From Paramoeba atlantica (Eukaryota; Protista; Discosea), in contig CDRNVI010000048.1 of the NCBI GenBank assembly GCA_977017575.1, positions 1-64,000 of the forward strand: a stretch of DNA of 64,000 nucleotides. The letters run 5' to 3'. This document shows, in pieces, positions 13,818 through 24,619 of this stretch (position 1 is its first letter; the number at the start of each line of letters is the position of its first letter). A program made the position numbers and the translations under genes. The notes beneath the pieces are model-generated. The model ran no database searches. It saw nothing but the letters and a program-made list of their open reading frames with translations, and was not told the origin of the DNA.

Positions 13818-14672
13818 AAAGTTGAGGTATTTCAAGATGTTTTATGCAATAAGCCACATCACGCAGAAGGGGTGCAGTGTTATCATGAGGACTATTATTG
13901 GGAATGTGCTGACAGGCACATTTGTCGAGCCAAGTATTGGGAATGCGGTCCACTGTTTAACAAACGGCAAAAACGAACAGTAAAAGAAACTTTGATAATG
14001 CTGTACGGGATATGTGAGGCCCTACCCCGCAAATTCATTGCCAATGAGGCACGGGTGTCGACAAATACTGTTAGCGTCTTCACGGAAGAACTTATAGACT
14101 TAGTTGCGCAAGCACATGACGTGCGTTGGATAAACGCGGGGGGTACTGTTACATTCATGCAGAAGGACGAGACCTGTACAAGTAAAGTGAAGAGAGGCAC
14201 GTGTAATCGCAACCACCGTGTTCGGAAGCAATGTCAGCAATGGTTTCACACTCTTGTGATTACGAATGTTGGCGACCAGGCACAATAAGTGTTTGTCAGA
14301 AGGCTTCCGAATCGTTGTTCATCCACTATGACTCCACATGTCGTGCATTTAGCCCCCGGTCGGAGAACTGTCGTGAAGACGGATGGGTGGCGTGGAACTT
14401 TGGTGTTGGGTTCACTTGTAAACGACAATCATAGAGTGGAGTGAGTGACAACCGAAGGAATATCAACGAACACCGTCGAAAGCATGAATAACCAACTCAA
14501 AATGGAACTTAAGTGTAGGTGGAACCGGTTAGGTGTTGAAGATGAGGCTCGGGAGGAGATGAAGTTCATAACAGAGTGTGTGAACGGAAAGTTGAGAATA
14601 AATGGAAACTCTCGTTTTCGGCGCATACTTTTGAATATAAAGCTGTTCTGTGCGTCCGTAGTGATGGGCTAA
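13818..14672 (+). mobile_element. Merlin/IS1595-family (ISXO2-like DDE) transposase pseudogene
   Basis: One plus-strand frame with in-frame TAA (14286) and TGA (14442): Cys/His-rich N-terminus, HTH-like IANEARVSTNTVS, QKDET (first D), VKTDGWRG (second D), NHRVE, STNTVESMNNQLK (E). No TIRs found. Confidence 0.8.
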
Positions 14673-14891
14673 GAAAGGTAAATGCTGAGTAAAACTTAAT
14701 AAAACGTGTAAGCAAGAAGTCTAAAGAAAAAGGTGTTGTTTTTTCTAAAAACTATTTTTTTGCGCAATTTAGGTTGGTTTTGTCCAAATTGGCACATGCA
14801 AATGTACACAAGGGTAACGAAATCGATCGTTTATCATTCTGCCTGAAGGTTCTGTCTTTACAAGTTTACCATTAGCTCTTCAAAGAGGACG

Positions 14892-14956
14892 AATTAAGTA
14901 GACCACCTAGTAGGTAGTCTACTTAATTACTTTATACCCAGGTCCTAGGTATAAAG
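14892..14956. repeat. Two adjacent single-base-centred palindromes (37 bp and 27 bp)
   Basis: aattaagtagac-c-accta-G-taggt-a-gtctacttaatt (14892-14928) and ctttatacc-c-agg-T-cct-a-ggtataaag (14930-14956), each with one c/a mismatch. Confidence 0.9.
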
Positions 14957-15091
14957 GTTTTCACTATAAAGGTTTCCAGTCTTCTTCTAGGTTTCTTGAT
15001 GAATCACATTCGTTTTTGGGTTTACTCATTTTTAAAAACGCAGCGAAGCCGAAAAGGGTGCACTCGCTTCGGAATGATGTGCTGATATTTC

Positions 15092-18000
15092 CTACAACCA
15101 CGGTGCCCAGCCTGGGTACAGTGACGCAAGATTCTTCTCACTTGTCGCCTCAAGTATCAGTAAATGAACGTGAGCACATACAGTAAGACTCCGATTTCCT
15201 ATTACCCCATTGAGTTTCATTAACGTCCTCGAAGATGCCTGATAGGCGTCAATACATTCATCCGCCGCAGCAGATGTGCCCGCGGATGTTCCTAAAACCT
15301 TCGATATATCAACTGCCCACTTGGCTAGGGGATCGTGTAGCAGTGTTTGTACTACTGTGTGAACCATTTCCTTCGAATCGCGTAGGAGTTCCATGACCGA
15401 TTCGCAGCTAACGCGAAAAAGTCCCCGGGCTCCGGTAATCCCCAGACCGTCGACCATATCACGCGTAAGACGAAAAGGAATGACTTCCGGGATGGGGAGC
15501 AGAAGACCTTCATCGAAAGCGAGTCCAATATCAATGTGAATCACCTCTCCAGTACACTTATCAATGAGTATGTTAGAGGTATGCCGATCCCCTAGCCCAA
15601 CAATGTGACCCACCATACTACTGGATGCTACACTGTTTGTGTATGCCAGACGTGCGGTGTACCACTCGACGGGAGTTGAGAAATGCTCGAGAAAGAATTT
15701 GTTGAAGCATGGGTGAAGTTTTGAACAGACAGATGAATACATTTGAAGTTTATCAGACGCAGACTGTGTTCCCACACTCTGCATTTTAGACCTCGCTGTG
15801 TCGTGTGGCATGTCTTGAGGATAATATCGGTGATGAGCGCCCGTGTGCTCCTTCCCCGGTTGTCCAATGAGGTACTGACCAAGTGTAAGACTATTTTCCA
15901 CCCATTGTACAAGGCCACTTGTAGGTGTGAGCGGGACAACAATGTACGTTCGTATTTTTGTACTTGACGTCGAGCGCTTGTGTTGAAATAGGTCGTTACA
16001 AAGAGAAAAAACTTGCTCCACCAAAGCATCCTGCCGTAGATCATCTTTGCTTTTCACGAGTTGTCGGTATTCATGTCCAGCAACACTGCGACATGTAATA
16101 AGTTTCGGCTGGTTTAATCCACCTGGAAGCGAGATAGAGGTCAAGAATGCTTGAACGACCTCTCGTTCTGGAGCGTTTGTGTAAGAAACTGCTGTTGGGA
16201 CAATTGTTTTTGAAAGTACTCCCAGTTTAGAAAGACGTGTCGTAATTTGTGGATTCGCCCCTGTGAACCTGGAAGCAGGAGCAAAGGCAAGTTCGATATA
16301 CGCATTAGTCAATACCTCTAATTCAGATATAATAATTTTCATTTGGTGATCGGACTCAGATAGCTGCTTCAATATAGAATTTGCGGCATCAATCTTTTCT
16401 TGACTAATAACATGCAGTTCTGCTTCCCCGGAGGGATACTTTGCTCCATTTCTCATTGAAAATAAGGTGTACAACGCAGGTTGCGGGCTATTGTTTACTA
16501 CTCGAATGATCAAATTCCTCAAGATATTTTGAAATTCCCCGTCATCCGATTGAATTCCCAAACGAGCACACAACTGAGGGAACAAAGGAAGAAAAATGGA
16601 AGTAGGAAACATCCCTACTTTTTCGGAGACAACTCTGTTCACCGCTGTTTCAGTCAGGTTCGCGAACCAAAGAGAAACGAATCGATAGGTAGAAGCCAAA
16701 AGTTTGTCACTCCGCAGGCCTCCGTGCTGGAGTACTTGCGCGTAGCATCGTAAACAATGCAAACACAAGGCCTCTCGATCATTGACATTCCTTTCGAGTT
16801 CTGCAAGCATAATTTTATGCTCTCTTTCCTGTAAGGTCAAGTGTCGTTTAATATGTCGCTTTTTGTGTTCACTCAATGTGCTTTGCAGTTTTTGATAGCC
16901 CAATTTTTGCTGTTGACGGTTGCGACGAATCTCATCCACTTGTTCAACAAATATTTGGTGTTCATTTGACCGCATTTTTGATTCTAATTCTGAAAACATA
17001 GCGTCGTAAAATCTTGCGGATGCGTAGTGATAACTAACGTCGTCATTCATGCCTTTACAAGAAGTCAAAACTTTGTTGAGAATGTTGGGCGTAGTATCAA
17101 CTTTACGTTTAAATTTCCATTTGGCCAACTGAAGAATGCATTCAGGTGTTTCACGACATTCCATAAGATCCATCGCGAAAGAGTGCTTCTTCGCCTTCCA
17201 CATACATTTCGCCATAATTTTTGCACATTCGCTGGGTATGTGACTAGAATCTCTCAAAGTGGGGTGGTGCAAAAGTGAGAATGCTCCCCCATGCGCTCCT
17301 TGACTAGTGGCTGCTTGAGCAGCATCTAATATGTAAGTTGCCTTTAATTCTCTCTTGTCCATTATTCGTAGAAGGCACAGTTGAAGATTCACAAGTTTGC
17401 GACGATGAGGATACGGTATGGAGTGTGGAATGTTAATGTGACCCACATTCGTGTCCTTAGTGAAAATCAATGGTTCACCTGTGTGAAATCTCAAATCAGG
17501 AAAACTGCGAAGAGTATCAAAAGCAAAGAATAAGGAAAGTTTTTCATCAAGTGAAATACTTTTGTCTAGACTTAAGGCTTGCTCTCCGAAGTGTACCGCA
17601 CGTAGAAATTCGGAGCCAAAACCTTTGGAAAGCCCTCTGAGTGACGCAAAAATACTTTCATGAAAAGAGGCCGGATATTCAATCAAACCTGGTCCGTTTG
17701 GGTCATCCTCTGCCCACTGCTCCTGACGCCAGGCTGCGTATGATTGAAGGTCTCTCAAAACTTTTGTCGACTCATCATTCCTATCAAAGTACGCATTTTT
17801 GATTACTATTTCTGGAATTGTTTGCAATCCTGCATCTTCCAAAATAGAAAAGAGTGAATGAGGGTCTGAAACCGAGTCTCTGTCAACATTTTCTACGACT
17901 TGTATTTGCCCTAAGTAGTCTTTTTCACTTTTCAAGACGGAAAGTCGACCAGAAACAGTGTTTCCTGCACCGATTCCCTGTAGATACGAGTTTCCATGTC

Positions 18001-21000
18001 TCAAATTCGGATATACTTTTTGTAAGGATTGACAGGCTTCTCGAGAGAGCGCACCCTTTTCCTCTGGTTGCTGCATTTCTTCCCCTAATTCGATAAATAG
18101 AAGAGCTTCTAAATACATACAAGCCTTAATTGATGCATCAATGAGCACTGGAAGTGGAATTTTAACTCCGATAAGGTCAGAAAGTCCCATCGGAACCCGT
18201 AAATGCTGAGTTTCAGAGATATTAGCCGAATGAAGGCACGACTGCATTCCTCCTTGACGCACCACCTGAATAGATATTTCTAGATATATTTTAATGATAT
18301 TTCTAATGATCGTTTGACTTATTCGCACACTACATGAGTCTTGCAAAGCATTCGTTAACGCGTCCCCTATCGAACCGCGAGCCTGAGCACTGCACGTGTC
18401 TCTCAGGGAATAATAAAGGCAGGCAAGAAAAAGAGGTTCAGCGACAGAATCAGATACAGCACATACGCGGACGTAACCCTGCAAAGGATCAGCTGCAGGA
18501 CTTATCGTGTCAATAAGTTCTAGTGTGGTAGATCTTATCCATTTAGAGTACGTATTTTCCGCATCGCGTACATGAGATTCGATTGTTCCAACATCACTTT
18601 TAGGTTCCTCATGTTTCCTGTTCTCGATGCTCGGAACATGATCTCCGTTTTTCCAATTCAGCACGACGGGCATACAGTCGCTCGGCATTGACTCCATAAC
18701 CTGAGGAAAATCCTTCCAAAACTGCGATAAAAGTGCATGTGCAGTTTCCATAGTCGAGATTGACGAAGAATAAATAAAACTGCTGCATACACGATGCATT
18801 GTTTCCACTTGAAAAACGTGGTCTTGAATTTCGGTATTCAAGGACAATCTAGGAAGACAGTCTGAGGGGCACGCCTCAGGCACAAATGGTAAAAAACAGA
18901 AGAATTCCGGATGCATTCTACATATCACACATAAGCAGCGCAGAGCTTCGATATGAAAAGCTGTCAAATTTTCGTCTTTCAATATACCGCATAGGGATGT
19001 AAAGCATGATTCCGAGTATCCGGAGTTTGCGAAGGCTTCAGCTTCTTTCAAACACTTAGAAATTGTTCTCCCTAGAATGAGTTTGGAACCTCCACGGAAA
19101 TACAATTGCAATGCATCTTTTAAACAATTGCGCGGCGGATTCGGAGGAAAAACACCGCAATCAGTCGACTCAATCGCAACTTCTTCAAAAAGTTGCTTGA
19201 CATTTAACCTAGAATATTGGGAAAGCGTTTGACGGGCGCGATTATCAAATGAAAACTGACAGTTAACAGACCCAAAAGCAATTGAGCAGTCGTCGTGCAT
19301 TTCAATAATCTCCGTCGTGGTAATATTCAGGGAGTGGCACGCGTGAAAAAGTGTGCTCTTGACGACTCCCATCGTTTTCATAAATTTGTCTACGCCTGGA
19401 GTTAAGTGCACGATAAAAGGAAGAAGTTTAAGAATGCTTCTAACAATCAAAGGCGTGCAGCACTGCGCGGCCTTACGCGGTGCTTTGCATAGGACCACCA
19501 CCAGAGAGCACATCATCGCATCCTGGAAGTCATCATTCTTTCTTCTTTTCAACAACCTGAACAGGTGAGTGAAAGCGGAAAGCCATCGAAATGATGTCCA
19601 AAATTCACTCTTAGAATAATCTTGCAGAAGCAACATGGCTTTCTCGATCATCAATGCTCCATCGCGATTTCGTTCTATTTCTTCAGAAAGAGCAGTTCCC
19701 AATGTGAAATTCGTGCACTCTAACCTGAACATGTGTTCAACAATCAAATCCTTCGACTCTTCTAAGTTCTTTTGAAATTCATCTCCGAAAGCAATTTGAA
19801 AATGCTTCTGAACCTTTTGAGCTCCAGTTGCAAGACTTTGGTCGCCACAACTACGAATAAGGAGCATTGTTGAAAAAATAAACGGGAAGCTACTGACATA
19901 CTGATGTTGAAGGCAACTTGATCTCGGCTGCGGTTCCTTTAACTTTTGCAAAAACGCAAAAGCGCTTTCTCCGTGATTGTTTCCTAGACTACGGCACAGA
20001 AATGAGGCAGCGAAAAAATTATCAGTGATGTCTTGAGGCATTGTATTCCAATTTGCACTATCCGAAATCCAAAGAAGCGGAAACATTCGAAGCTCATGGT
20101 TGGCGATCCAATCATATCCAATAAGTAGGGCTCCGGTACTCAAGACATCCAACACAAGATCTTTCTTTGAGCGAAGAAATTCGACAAGAAAAACAGAAAA
20201 CAGAAACTGATCACTGATCAGCAATTTCAAAAAGAGCAAGATACAACGGCATTGAACGACAGGAATATTACTTTCGAATAAAGTAATAGCGAACTGCAAG
20301 GCCGATCGTGCGCTGTTAGTTTCGGAGCTTAGAAGACGTGAACTTAAAGTATTTAAAATCTCAGTTGTAAAACTATCCCGTCCATGAAAGAAAAACAGAA
20401 ATGAAATTAAATGCTGCGTTGCTTTCGTCATAAAGGTGAGTTCTTGCAAAGATATGTATCGAAGTATGTACCTACCGCAGTTCAACTGAAGTTTCACGTC
20501 AGAAACTTGTTTCGCAATCGAAAGAGCAACCTCACACGAACTGTGGGCCGAAAAGAAGAGTGCAGTAGTCGGTTCTTCTTCCTCAATCAGGCGCAGTGCA
20601 TCTTTTAAAAGCTCATTTTCTGTGTTACTTTCAAGCATACACTGTAAATTTTCGATGAAGCTGGAAAAAATGCTGTAAGAATGGACCGAGAATGCAGAAG
20701 ACAACACTGATTTGAACCGAGTCCAATGGGCGCTTTTTCTGTCACAAGTGCAATAGATCCAATGTATATAAATATTCGTCTTTTTCATTTTGTAAAACTG
20801 TGCAGTTGGCGATGCTAATTCGAGTTCGTCAAGTTTGGAAAAACAGAACTCGAGTAGCGTCGATGTCTGAAGTGCATTCTCAGAGAACACTTTTGATAGA
20901 ATCCTAAAAAGAATCATCGAAATGGTTATGGACTGTTCGAAACAGAGGGCACTCCTGTTCCCCACTTCGTATTTATTTTTCGACACCGAGTTATAAGCAG

Positions 21001-23434
21001 TAGGACACCAATAGCTGCACGTGCTTCGATAGAGGTCGAGAAGATACTGCATTATCGCATTCGTAGACGTCTGTATATGCGACATCTCATTCATTGCATG
21101 AGATCTCACACTCTGACTTGGCTTCGTTTTATGCTGCGCGGCGCTGTCGTCAAGTAGCAAAGAAAATTCCAATATCGCATCATGTTGCGCCAGTAGGACA
21201 GATAGGAGTGACTGTAAGTTTTTTTTCGATTCAAAAAGAATGCCCGAAGAAAGAGAATAAACTGGTGAAGACACGAAAGATAGAAATTCGTCTTTTGCGC
21301 CGCATTCAAAAGTGAAAATGAAACTCTTCTTCGAGCGATCGTATGATTGATCAAAGAAGCATAAAGAAAAATGGAATATATCCATGGCAAGAAGAAAATC
21401 TTTTTGCGATTCTTTTATGAGGAAAGGGAAGTCCAAAACGTCGCGAAATAGCCACTCAGACACCGCTCGAGTAGTGGGATGAGACAAACATAGAATGGCA
21501 AGCTGTGCAAGGCTCGGTATTGTTTGAGTAGTCGTGTTGGCAAGAAGGGTATTTTTTACAATTCGAATACTTTGTTGTATCACTCGCAAGTCTTGTATTG
21601 AAGGAATCAGACGTATTAAAAAATTTATTAGGCTTGGTGAAGTATTGCCCTCTGCGGACACAACTGAGTTCATGAACTTCCACGCGGGAGACCAAAATTC
21701 GTGATCTGTAGGCAGTACTGCGCGGCTGTGCGGCTTTTGCAGCAAAATTTCTAAAACGTGAAGACCGCTGGGCGCCAATTCTGAAAAGGAAAACAGTTTA
21801 TTAAGAAGTAAAGGGAAATTAGAATTGAGAAATTCGTCTGTGTTAGCAAGATTCTCTGCAGAAATAACATTCGGCACGAAAACGGGAATACCAATTAATG
21901 CAATTAATGACGTCACTGCTTCTCGGGCAATGTCGATGCTTTCATCAAGGCCAACTTGAGTGAAAAGTGAAAGTAAGGTCCTGTAGCGCACGTGATTCAG
22001 GTCTTCAGGCCATGTAAGCAACCAAAAGCGTATAAAAGTAAGCCAGCAAAGCAATTTTTCTTTTTTGCCTTCGTTTACACAAACAAGCTGATTTGTAATA
22101 AAATCATCTGCATACCTCATTGAAGTTTTTTGAGTGGAACTTAATTTCAGGATTTTTGCCGATCTCACATGTTTCTCACCTAGCTCGGTTTGTTCTCTTG
22201 AGGAGCACAACTGAACATAATGTATTGTGTTCGAAATCAGACGCGAAAGAAACTGGTCTCCGGATACTTCCTTCGATGACCTATGACAAATTGCTGTACT
22301 TGATTTATACGAGTCACAAATTTGAACGTATTCTTCGCAAACAATGTTTAGCAATAATTTAAGAGTTCCACACAGTTGAATATGCCGCAATTCATGAGGA
22401 ATTCGAGGACCCAAACTTTGATTAACGCCATGTAAATAATTCCTATGCGAATATCGAAGACCAGGAAATTCTAAACGATTCAAGCCTTCTAAAAACGATT
22501 GAACGTATTCCAGCATCGCCTTCTTCCATACGTCCTTTGTGCAATACTTCCAGTTGTCGCAAAGTGTCGACAATACGGGATAAAAATTCAATAGACCAGC
22601 TTCACGACATGCATAGTCCATCAAAACTACAGCAATACGTAGCAGACAGCTCCCGAATCGAACGTGTTGGCACATAACGCTGTGATTGGCATGTACTAAC
22701 ATCAATAGCTTTGCCACCTCAGGGGTAAGATTCTGAAGCCCGTTCCAAAACGGCGTATGACAGACTATCACAGCTATCGCACTTTCGAAGTTCTCGAACA
22801 AGGAACAAGAAAACTGGGAGAGCGTCACGTCCACTGCACGTTGATATCTCACAGGAGAGCGAAAAACGATGGATACTAAAACCTCGAAAACGTTGTGTAA
22901 AAGCAGTTCAGACAGGTTCGAGACGTACACCCGAAAGGACAAAACTCTCATCACAAGCATGCTGTAATCAAACTCTATAAGATGGCCGAACGCATCGGCG
23001 GACAACATTTCTAAGATATTTTGCAACAAATAAGGCAGTACGCGACATCTACGCCAAGACAAAGGAGGGATGTCATCATCAAAGGAAATGTTTCGATGCA
23101 TTAATTCGAATACATGTCGGAAGGGCGTCGTTACATCTCTAGATAACGTTTGAAGTGCACGAGATTTCGAGCTCAAGCCCGCGAAAAATGGCTTGATATA
23201 GCGATCCAATAACACAATCACTAAATTGCTACAAACATCGAGCCCAACAGCACAATGTAGTGGAGGTATCTCGTCGATCGCGGGACTGAGTAAGGTGTCC
23301 GCAACTTGTGCCTGATATTTTTCAATCGTGCTGCGAAGCTCTGAAAGTGCATTCCTTTGTCCGTCTTTTCGAGAGGAAGTAAGAGTGTGCAAGATAGAGT
23401 TTAATGAATTTACCAAGTCCGTGTTTCGAGGCAT
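15092..23434 (-). CDS. ATM: ATM/Tel1-type PIKK serine/threonine kinase, 2780 aa
   Basis: Kinase motifs PKLITC..RQLVKSKDDLRQD, GLGDRHTSNIL, HIDIG and PFRLTRDMVDG; FATC tail LLILEATSEKNLASLYPGWAPWL is ATM-like; long helical N-terminus; no introns. Confidence 0.9.
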   Translation of the reverse strand: MPRNTDLVNSLNSILHTLTSSRKDGQRNALSELRSTIEKYQAQVADTLLSPAIDEIPPLHCAVGLDVCSNLVIVLLDRYIKPFFAGLSSKSRALQTLSRDVTTPFRHVFELMHRNISFDDDIPPLSWRRCRVLPYLLQNILEMLSADAFGHLIEFDYSMLVMRVLSFRVYVSNLSELLLHNVFEVLVSIVFRSPVRYQRAVDVTLSQFSCSLFENFESAIAVIVCHTPFWNGLQNLTPEVAKLLMLVHANHSVMCQHVRFGSCLLRIAVVLMDYACREAGLLNFYPVLSTLCDNWKYCTKDVWKKAMLEYVQSFLEGLNRLEFPGLRYSHRNYLHGVNQSLGPRIPHELRHIQLCGTLKLLLNIVCEEYVQICDSYKSSTAICHRSSKEVSGDQFLSRLISNTIHYVQLCSSREQTELGEKHVRSAKILKLSSTQKTSMRYADDFITNQLVCVNEGKKEKLLCWLTFIRFWLLTWPEDLNHVRYRTLLSLFTQVGLDESIDIAREAVTSLIALIGIPVFVPNVISAENLANTDEFLNSNFPLLLNKLFSFSELAPSGLHVLEILLQKPHSRAVLPTDHEFWSPAWKFMNSVVSAEGNTSPSLINFLIRLIPSIQDLRVIQQSIRIVKNTLLANTTTQTIPSLAQLAILCLSHPTTRAVSEWLFRDVLDFPFLIKESQKDFLLAMDIFHFSLCFFDQSYDRSKKSFIFTFECGAKDEFLSFVSSPVYSLSSGILFESKKNLQSLLSVLLAQHDAILEFSLLLDDSAAQHKTKPSQSVRSHAMNEMSHIQTSTNAIMQYLLDLYRSTCSYWCPTAYNSVSKNKYEVGNRSALCFEQSITISMILFRILSKVFSENALQTSTLLEFCFSKLDELELASPTAQFYKMKKTNIYIHWIYCTCDRKSAHWTRFKSVLSSAFSVHSYSIFSSFIENLQCMLESNTENELLKDALRLIEEEEPTTALFFSAHSSCEVALSIAKQVSDVKLQLNCGRYILRYISLQELTFMTKATQHLISFLFFFHGRDSFTTEILNTLSSRLLSSETNSARSALQFAITLFESNIPVVQCRCILLFLKLLISDQFLFSVFLVEFLRSKKDLVLDVLSTGALLIGYDWIANHELRMFPLLWISDSANWNTMPQDITDNFFAASFLCRSLGNNHGESAFAFLQKLKEPQPRSSCLQHQYVSSFPFIFSTMLLIRSCGDQSLATGAQKVQKHFQIAFGDEFQKNLEESKDLIVEHMFRLECTNFTLGTALSEEIERNRDGALMIEKAMLLLQDYSKSEFWTSFRWLSAFTHLFRLLKRRKNDDFQDAMMCSLVVVLCKAPRKAAQCCTPLIVRSILKLLPFIVHLTPGVDKFMKTMGVVKSTLFHACHSLNITTTEIIEMHDDCSIAFGSVNCQFSFDNRARQTLSQYSRLNVKQLFEEVAIESTDCGVFPPNPPRNCLKDALQLYFRGGSKLILGRTISKCLKEAEAFANSGYSESCFTSLCGILKDENLTAFHIEALRCLCVICRMHPEFFCFLPFVPEACPSDCLPRLSLNTEIQDHVFQVETMHRVCSSFIYSSSISTMETAHALLSQFWKDFPQVMESMPSDCMPVVLNWKNGDHVPSIENRKHEEPKSDVGTIESHVRDAENTYSKWIRSTTLELIDTISPAADPLQGYVRVCAVSDSVAEPLFLACLYYSLRDTCSAQARGSIGDALTNALQDSCSVRISQTIIRNIIKIYLEISIQVVRQGGMQSCLHSANISETQHLRVPMGLSDLIGVKIPLPVLIDASIKACMYLEALLFIELGEEMQQPEEKGALSREACQSLQKVYPNLRHGNSYLQGIGAGNTVSGRLSVLKSEKDYLGQIQVVENVDRDSVSDPHSLFSILEDAGLQTIPEIVIKNAYFDRNDESTKVLRDLQSYAAWRQEQWAEDDPNGPGLIEYPASFHESIFASLRGLSKGFGSEFLRAVHFGEQALSLDKSISLDEKLSLFFAFDTLRSFPDLRFHTGEPLIFTKDTNVGHINIPHSIPYPHRRKLVNLQLCLLRIMDKRELKATYILDAAQAATSQGAHGGAFSLLHHPTLRDSSHIPSECAKIMAKCMWKAKKHSFAMDLMECRETPECILQLAKWKFKRKVDTTPNILNKVLTSCKGMNDDVSYHYASARFYDAMFSELESKMRSNEHQIFVEQVDEIRRNRQQQKLGYQKLQSTLSEHKKRHIKRHLTLQEREHKIMLAELERNVNDREALCLHCLRCYAQVLQHGGLRSDKLLASTYRFVSLWFANLTETAVNRVVSEKVGMFPTSIFLPLFPQLCARLGIQSDDGEFQNILRNLIIRVVNNSPQPALYTLFSMRNGAKYPSGEAELHVISQEKIDAANSILKQLSESDHQMKIIISELEVLTNAYIELAFAPASRFTGANPQITTRLSKLGVLSKTIVPTAVSYTNAPEREVVQAFLTSISLPGGLNQPKLITCRSVAGHEYRQLVKSKDDLRQDALVEQVFSLCNDLFQHKRSTSSTKIRTYIVVPLTPTSGLVQWVENSLTLGQYLIGQPGKEHTGAHHRYYPQDMPHDTARSKMQSVGTQSASDKLQMYSSVCSKLHPCFNKFFLEHFSTPVEWYTARLAYTNSVASSSMVGHIVGLGDRHTSNILIDKCTGEVIHIDIGLAFDEGLLLPIPEVIPFRLTRDMVDGLGITGARGLFRVSCESVMELLRDSKEMVHTVVQTLLHDPLAKWAVDISKVLGTSAGTSAAADECIDAYQASSRTLMKLNGVIGNRSLTVCAHVHLLILEATSEKNLASLYPGWAPWL

Positions 23435-23586
23435 GCGTTATTGGGTGGAATGAACATTTATCATAATTCTCGCTTTAGAAGAAAATATACGTGTATCTTA
23501 AAGATCTATAGAAATATTATAGATATATTTAGAGAATAACCATGATTAAAAACAATTTTACGCTTGGGTTAAAGTTATTCGTGAGG

Positions 23587-24285
23587 CTATTCAAGAAATG
23601 AGAAACCCTTGGCCACAACCAGAACATGTAGTATTACAAGTGGTATAACCTTTCTCCACAGGGACCTTCGTTTTTGACTTTCTATACTCCAGTTAGCCCA
23701 CAAGGTACGCACCGTAAGCTCTAAGTCTTTCAGATCAGTGGTATTGTCGATCACAACATCGGCGCGTTGAATCTTTTCGCCAATAGGCCACTGCGATCGA
23801 ATGCGACGCAATGCCTCTGTTTCGGTAACCTGTTTTTGGCATCTCTTTAGCATACGAGCCAATTGATCCTCTTCTGTAGCATATACAACGACAATAGTCG
23901 ACAGGAAACGAAACCAACCGGTCTCAAACAAGAGCGGATGATCAACAATAATTATACCTCCCTCAAATAACAAAGCTCGCGTAAGTTGTTTGACCATTTC
24001 CCAAGCCACAAGTGGATGCATAATTCGCTCGAGACGGCGGCGCTGAACATCAGAGTTAAAAACTATTTCAGCCAGACGATCTCGGTCTAGCGATACTGGT
24101 GAAGAGTCCCTCTGAACAGCAGGCCAGTTTTTAAAAAGAGTGCTCAAAATGGGCGATCCAGGAGCTTGTAACTGCCGTACAATGCCATCTAAATCTACGA
24201 TTGTTGCTCCCATGTTGCGAAACATTGCAGATGTTGTGCTTTTTCCGGTACACATTCCCCCAGTAAGACCAATGATGATGCACAT
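23587..24285 (-). CDS. Dephospho-CoA kinase (CoaE/DCAKD-like) with hydrophobic C-terminal anchor
   Basis: IIIGLTGGMCTGKST P-loop, LDRDRLAEIVF, LERIMHPLV, PLLFE, QWPIGEKIQRADVVIDN. Start set at the ATG at 24285. Confidence 0.92.
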   Translation of the reverse strand: MCIIIGLTGGMCTGKSTTSAMFRNMGATIVDLDGIVRQLQAPGSPILSTLFKNWPAVQRDSSPVSLDRDRLAEIVFNSDVQRRRLERIMHPLVAWEMVKQLTRALLFEGGIIIVDHPLLFETGWFRFLSTIVVVYATEEDQLARMLKRCQKQVTETEALRRIRSQWPIGEKIQRADVVIDNTTDLKDLELTVRTLWANWSIESQKRRSLWRKVIPLVILHVLVVAKGFSFLE

Positions 24286-24548
24286 AAATCTTGTAGAAAT
24301 AACGACTATGAAGTATCTACAACAAGTGAGGGGCTGAGTATAGGTAGTTTCGTATTCTTCATGATTTAATTGACTTAGTAGTGACGGGGGCAGTAGGCGC
24401 TTCAACAACAACGACGGAATAAATGTACCATCGATAGAGCTACTCTTTGAGTTTGGGTCATCTAGACCAAAATATGCTGGTATACTACATCCGGAACTTC
24501 ATACTTACGTAGACGAACAGTAATACCAAGACAAGACCACTCGGTAAA

Positions 24549-24605
24549 TCCTATTAGTAATAGGAATTAACCAGTAATCATTACTGGTTCCTGTCTCTGA
24601 GAGAC
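24549..24605. repeat. Three consecutive perfect single-base-centred palindromes just 3' of the AAA ATPase stop codon
   Basis: tcctatta-G-taatagga (24549-24565), aaccagtaat-C-attactggtt (24569-24589), gtctct-G-agagac (24593-24605). Confidence 0.92.
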
Positions 24606-24619
24606 GTTACCAGCCCTCT

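Noticed and set aside
14286-14444. In-frame TAA/TGA in the Merlin frame as evidence of stop-codon reassignment
   Set aside because: Host genes end at standard stops and have long uninterrupted frames; the stops are pseudogene decay.
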